Shown here in pieces: positions 63,665 through 64,000 of a stretch of DNA of 64,000 bases. Each line of letters starts with the position of its first letter. Position 1 is the first letter of the stretch. Made by a program: the position numbers and the translations under genes. The stretch spans positions 76,507,300 through 76,571,299 of the forward strand of contig NC_090387.1 in the NCBI RefSeq assembly GCF_036365525.1, written 5' to 3'. Below the pieces are notes generated by a model. That model saw only the letters and a program-made list of their open reading frames with translations, was not told where the DNA came from and ran no database searches. The stretch is from Heterodontus francisci (Eukaryota).

Positions 63665-64000
63665 GTGAGTGAGGCCTGGAGCCGGGGGCTCGAGTACTCA
63701 CATGGTGAGGGGAAGCGTATATGGGACTGGGAGAAGGGGCTGCAACTCTCAGACGGCGAAGAGAGACAGAAAGTTAGGAAGCGGGACAGTGAGAGGTGTC
63801 AAGATCGGAGAAATAATTGAAGTGTCGGCTTGAATCAGTGGGTGCTGTCCTGTATCAGTCAGAGGTCATGGATTCAAGCCCAATTCTCAGATTTGCGCAC
63901 GTGATGTAGACTGACAGTTCAGTGCAGTACCGAGGGAGCGCTGCATTGTCTTTCACACGCAACATTGGCAGATGATGACTAAACTGTCAGCATTAGCCAT

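Overview
Vertebrate genomic DNA, most likely from a cartilaginous fish judging by the repeat landscape (CR1, L2, Tx1 and Penelope retroelements, V-SINEs, Deu-type SINEs, solo LTRs, a Harbinger fossil). None of the supplied ORFs is a complete gene. Reading splice sites on the minus strand reveals a tandem cluster of non-rearranging immunoglobulin-superfamily receptor genes with a leader / germline-joined VJ-type V / C1-set / TM / cytoplasmic architecture. Gene B (19677->11926, 8 exons, 380 aa, all GT-AG, phases consistent) is an intact inhibitory-type receptor whose tail is built from three tandem two-tyrosine exon modules ending in LTYAAL...AVYAEV. Gene A (39652->35632) has intact leader, V and C1 exons, an Arg-containing TM with a short tail, a non-canonical (CG) TM acceptor and frame-disrupted relics of the tyrosine-motif exons. 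It looks like an activating or secreted derivative, or a young pseudogene. Copy C (493-3326) is a recent partial duplicate of gene A whose V exon keeps only its J-like end. The interval 42-63 kb is nested transposons. The window ends in a CpG-rich ZNF143-type promoter and the probable first exon of an unidentified plus-strand gene. Exon coordinates were counted by hand, repeat boundaries are approximate, and no database search was run.
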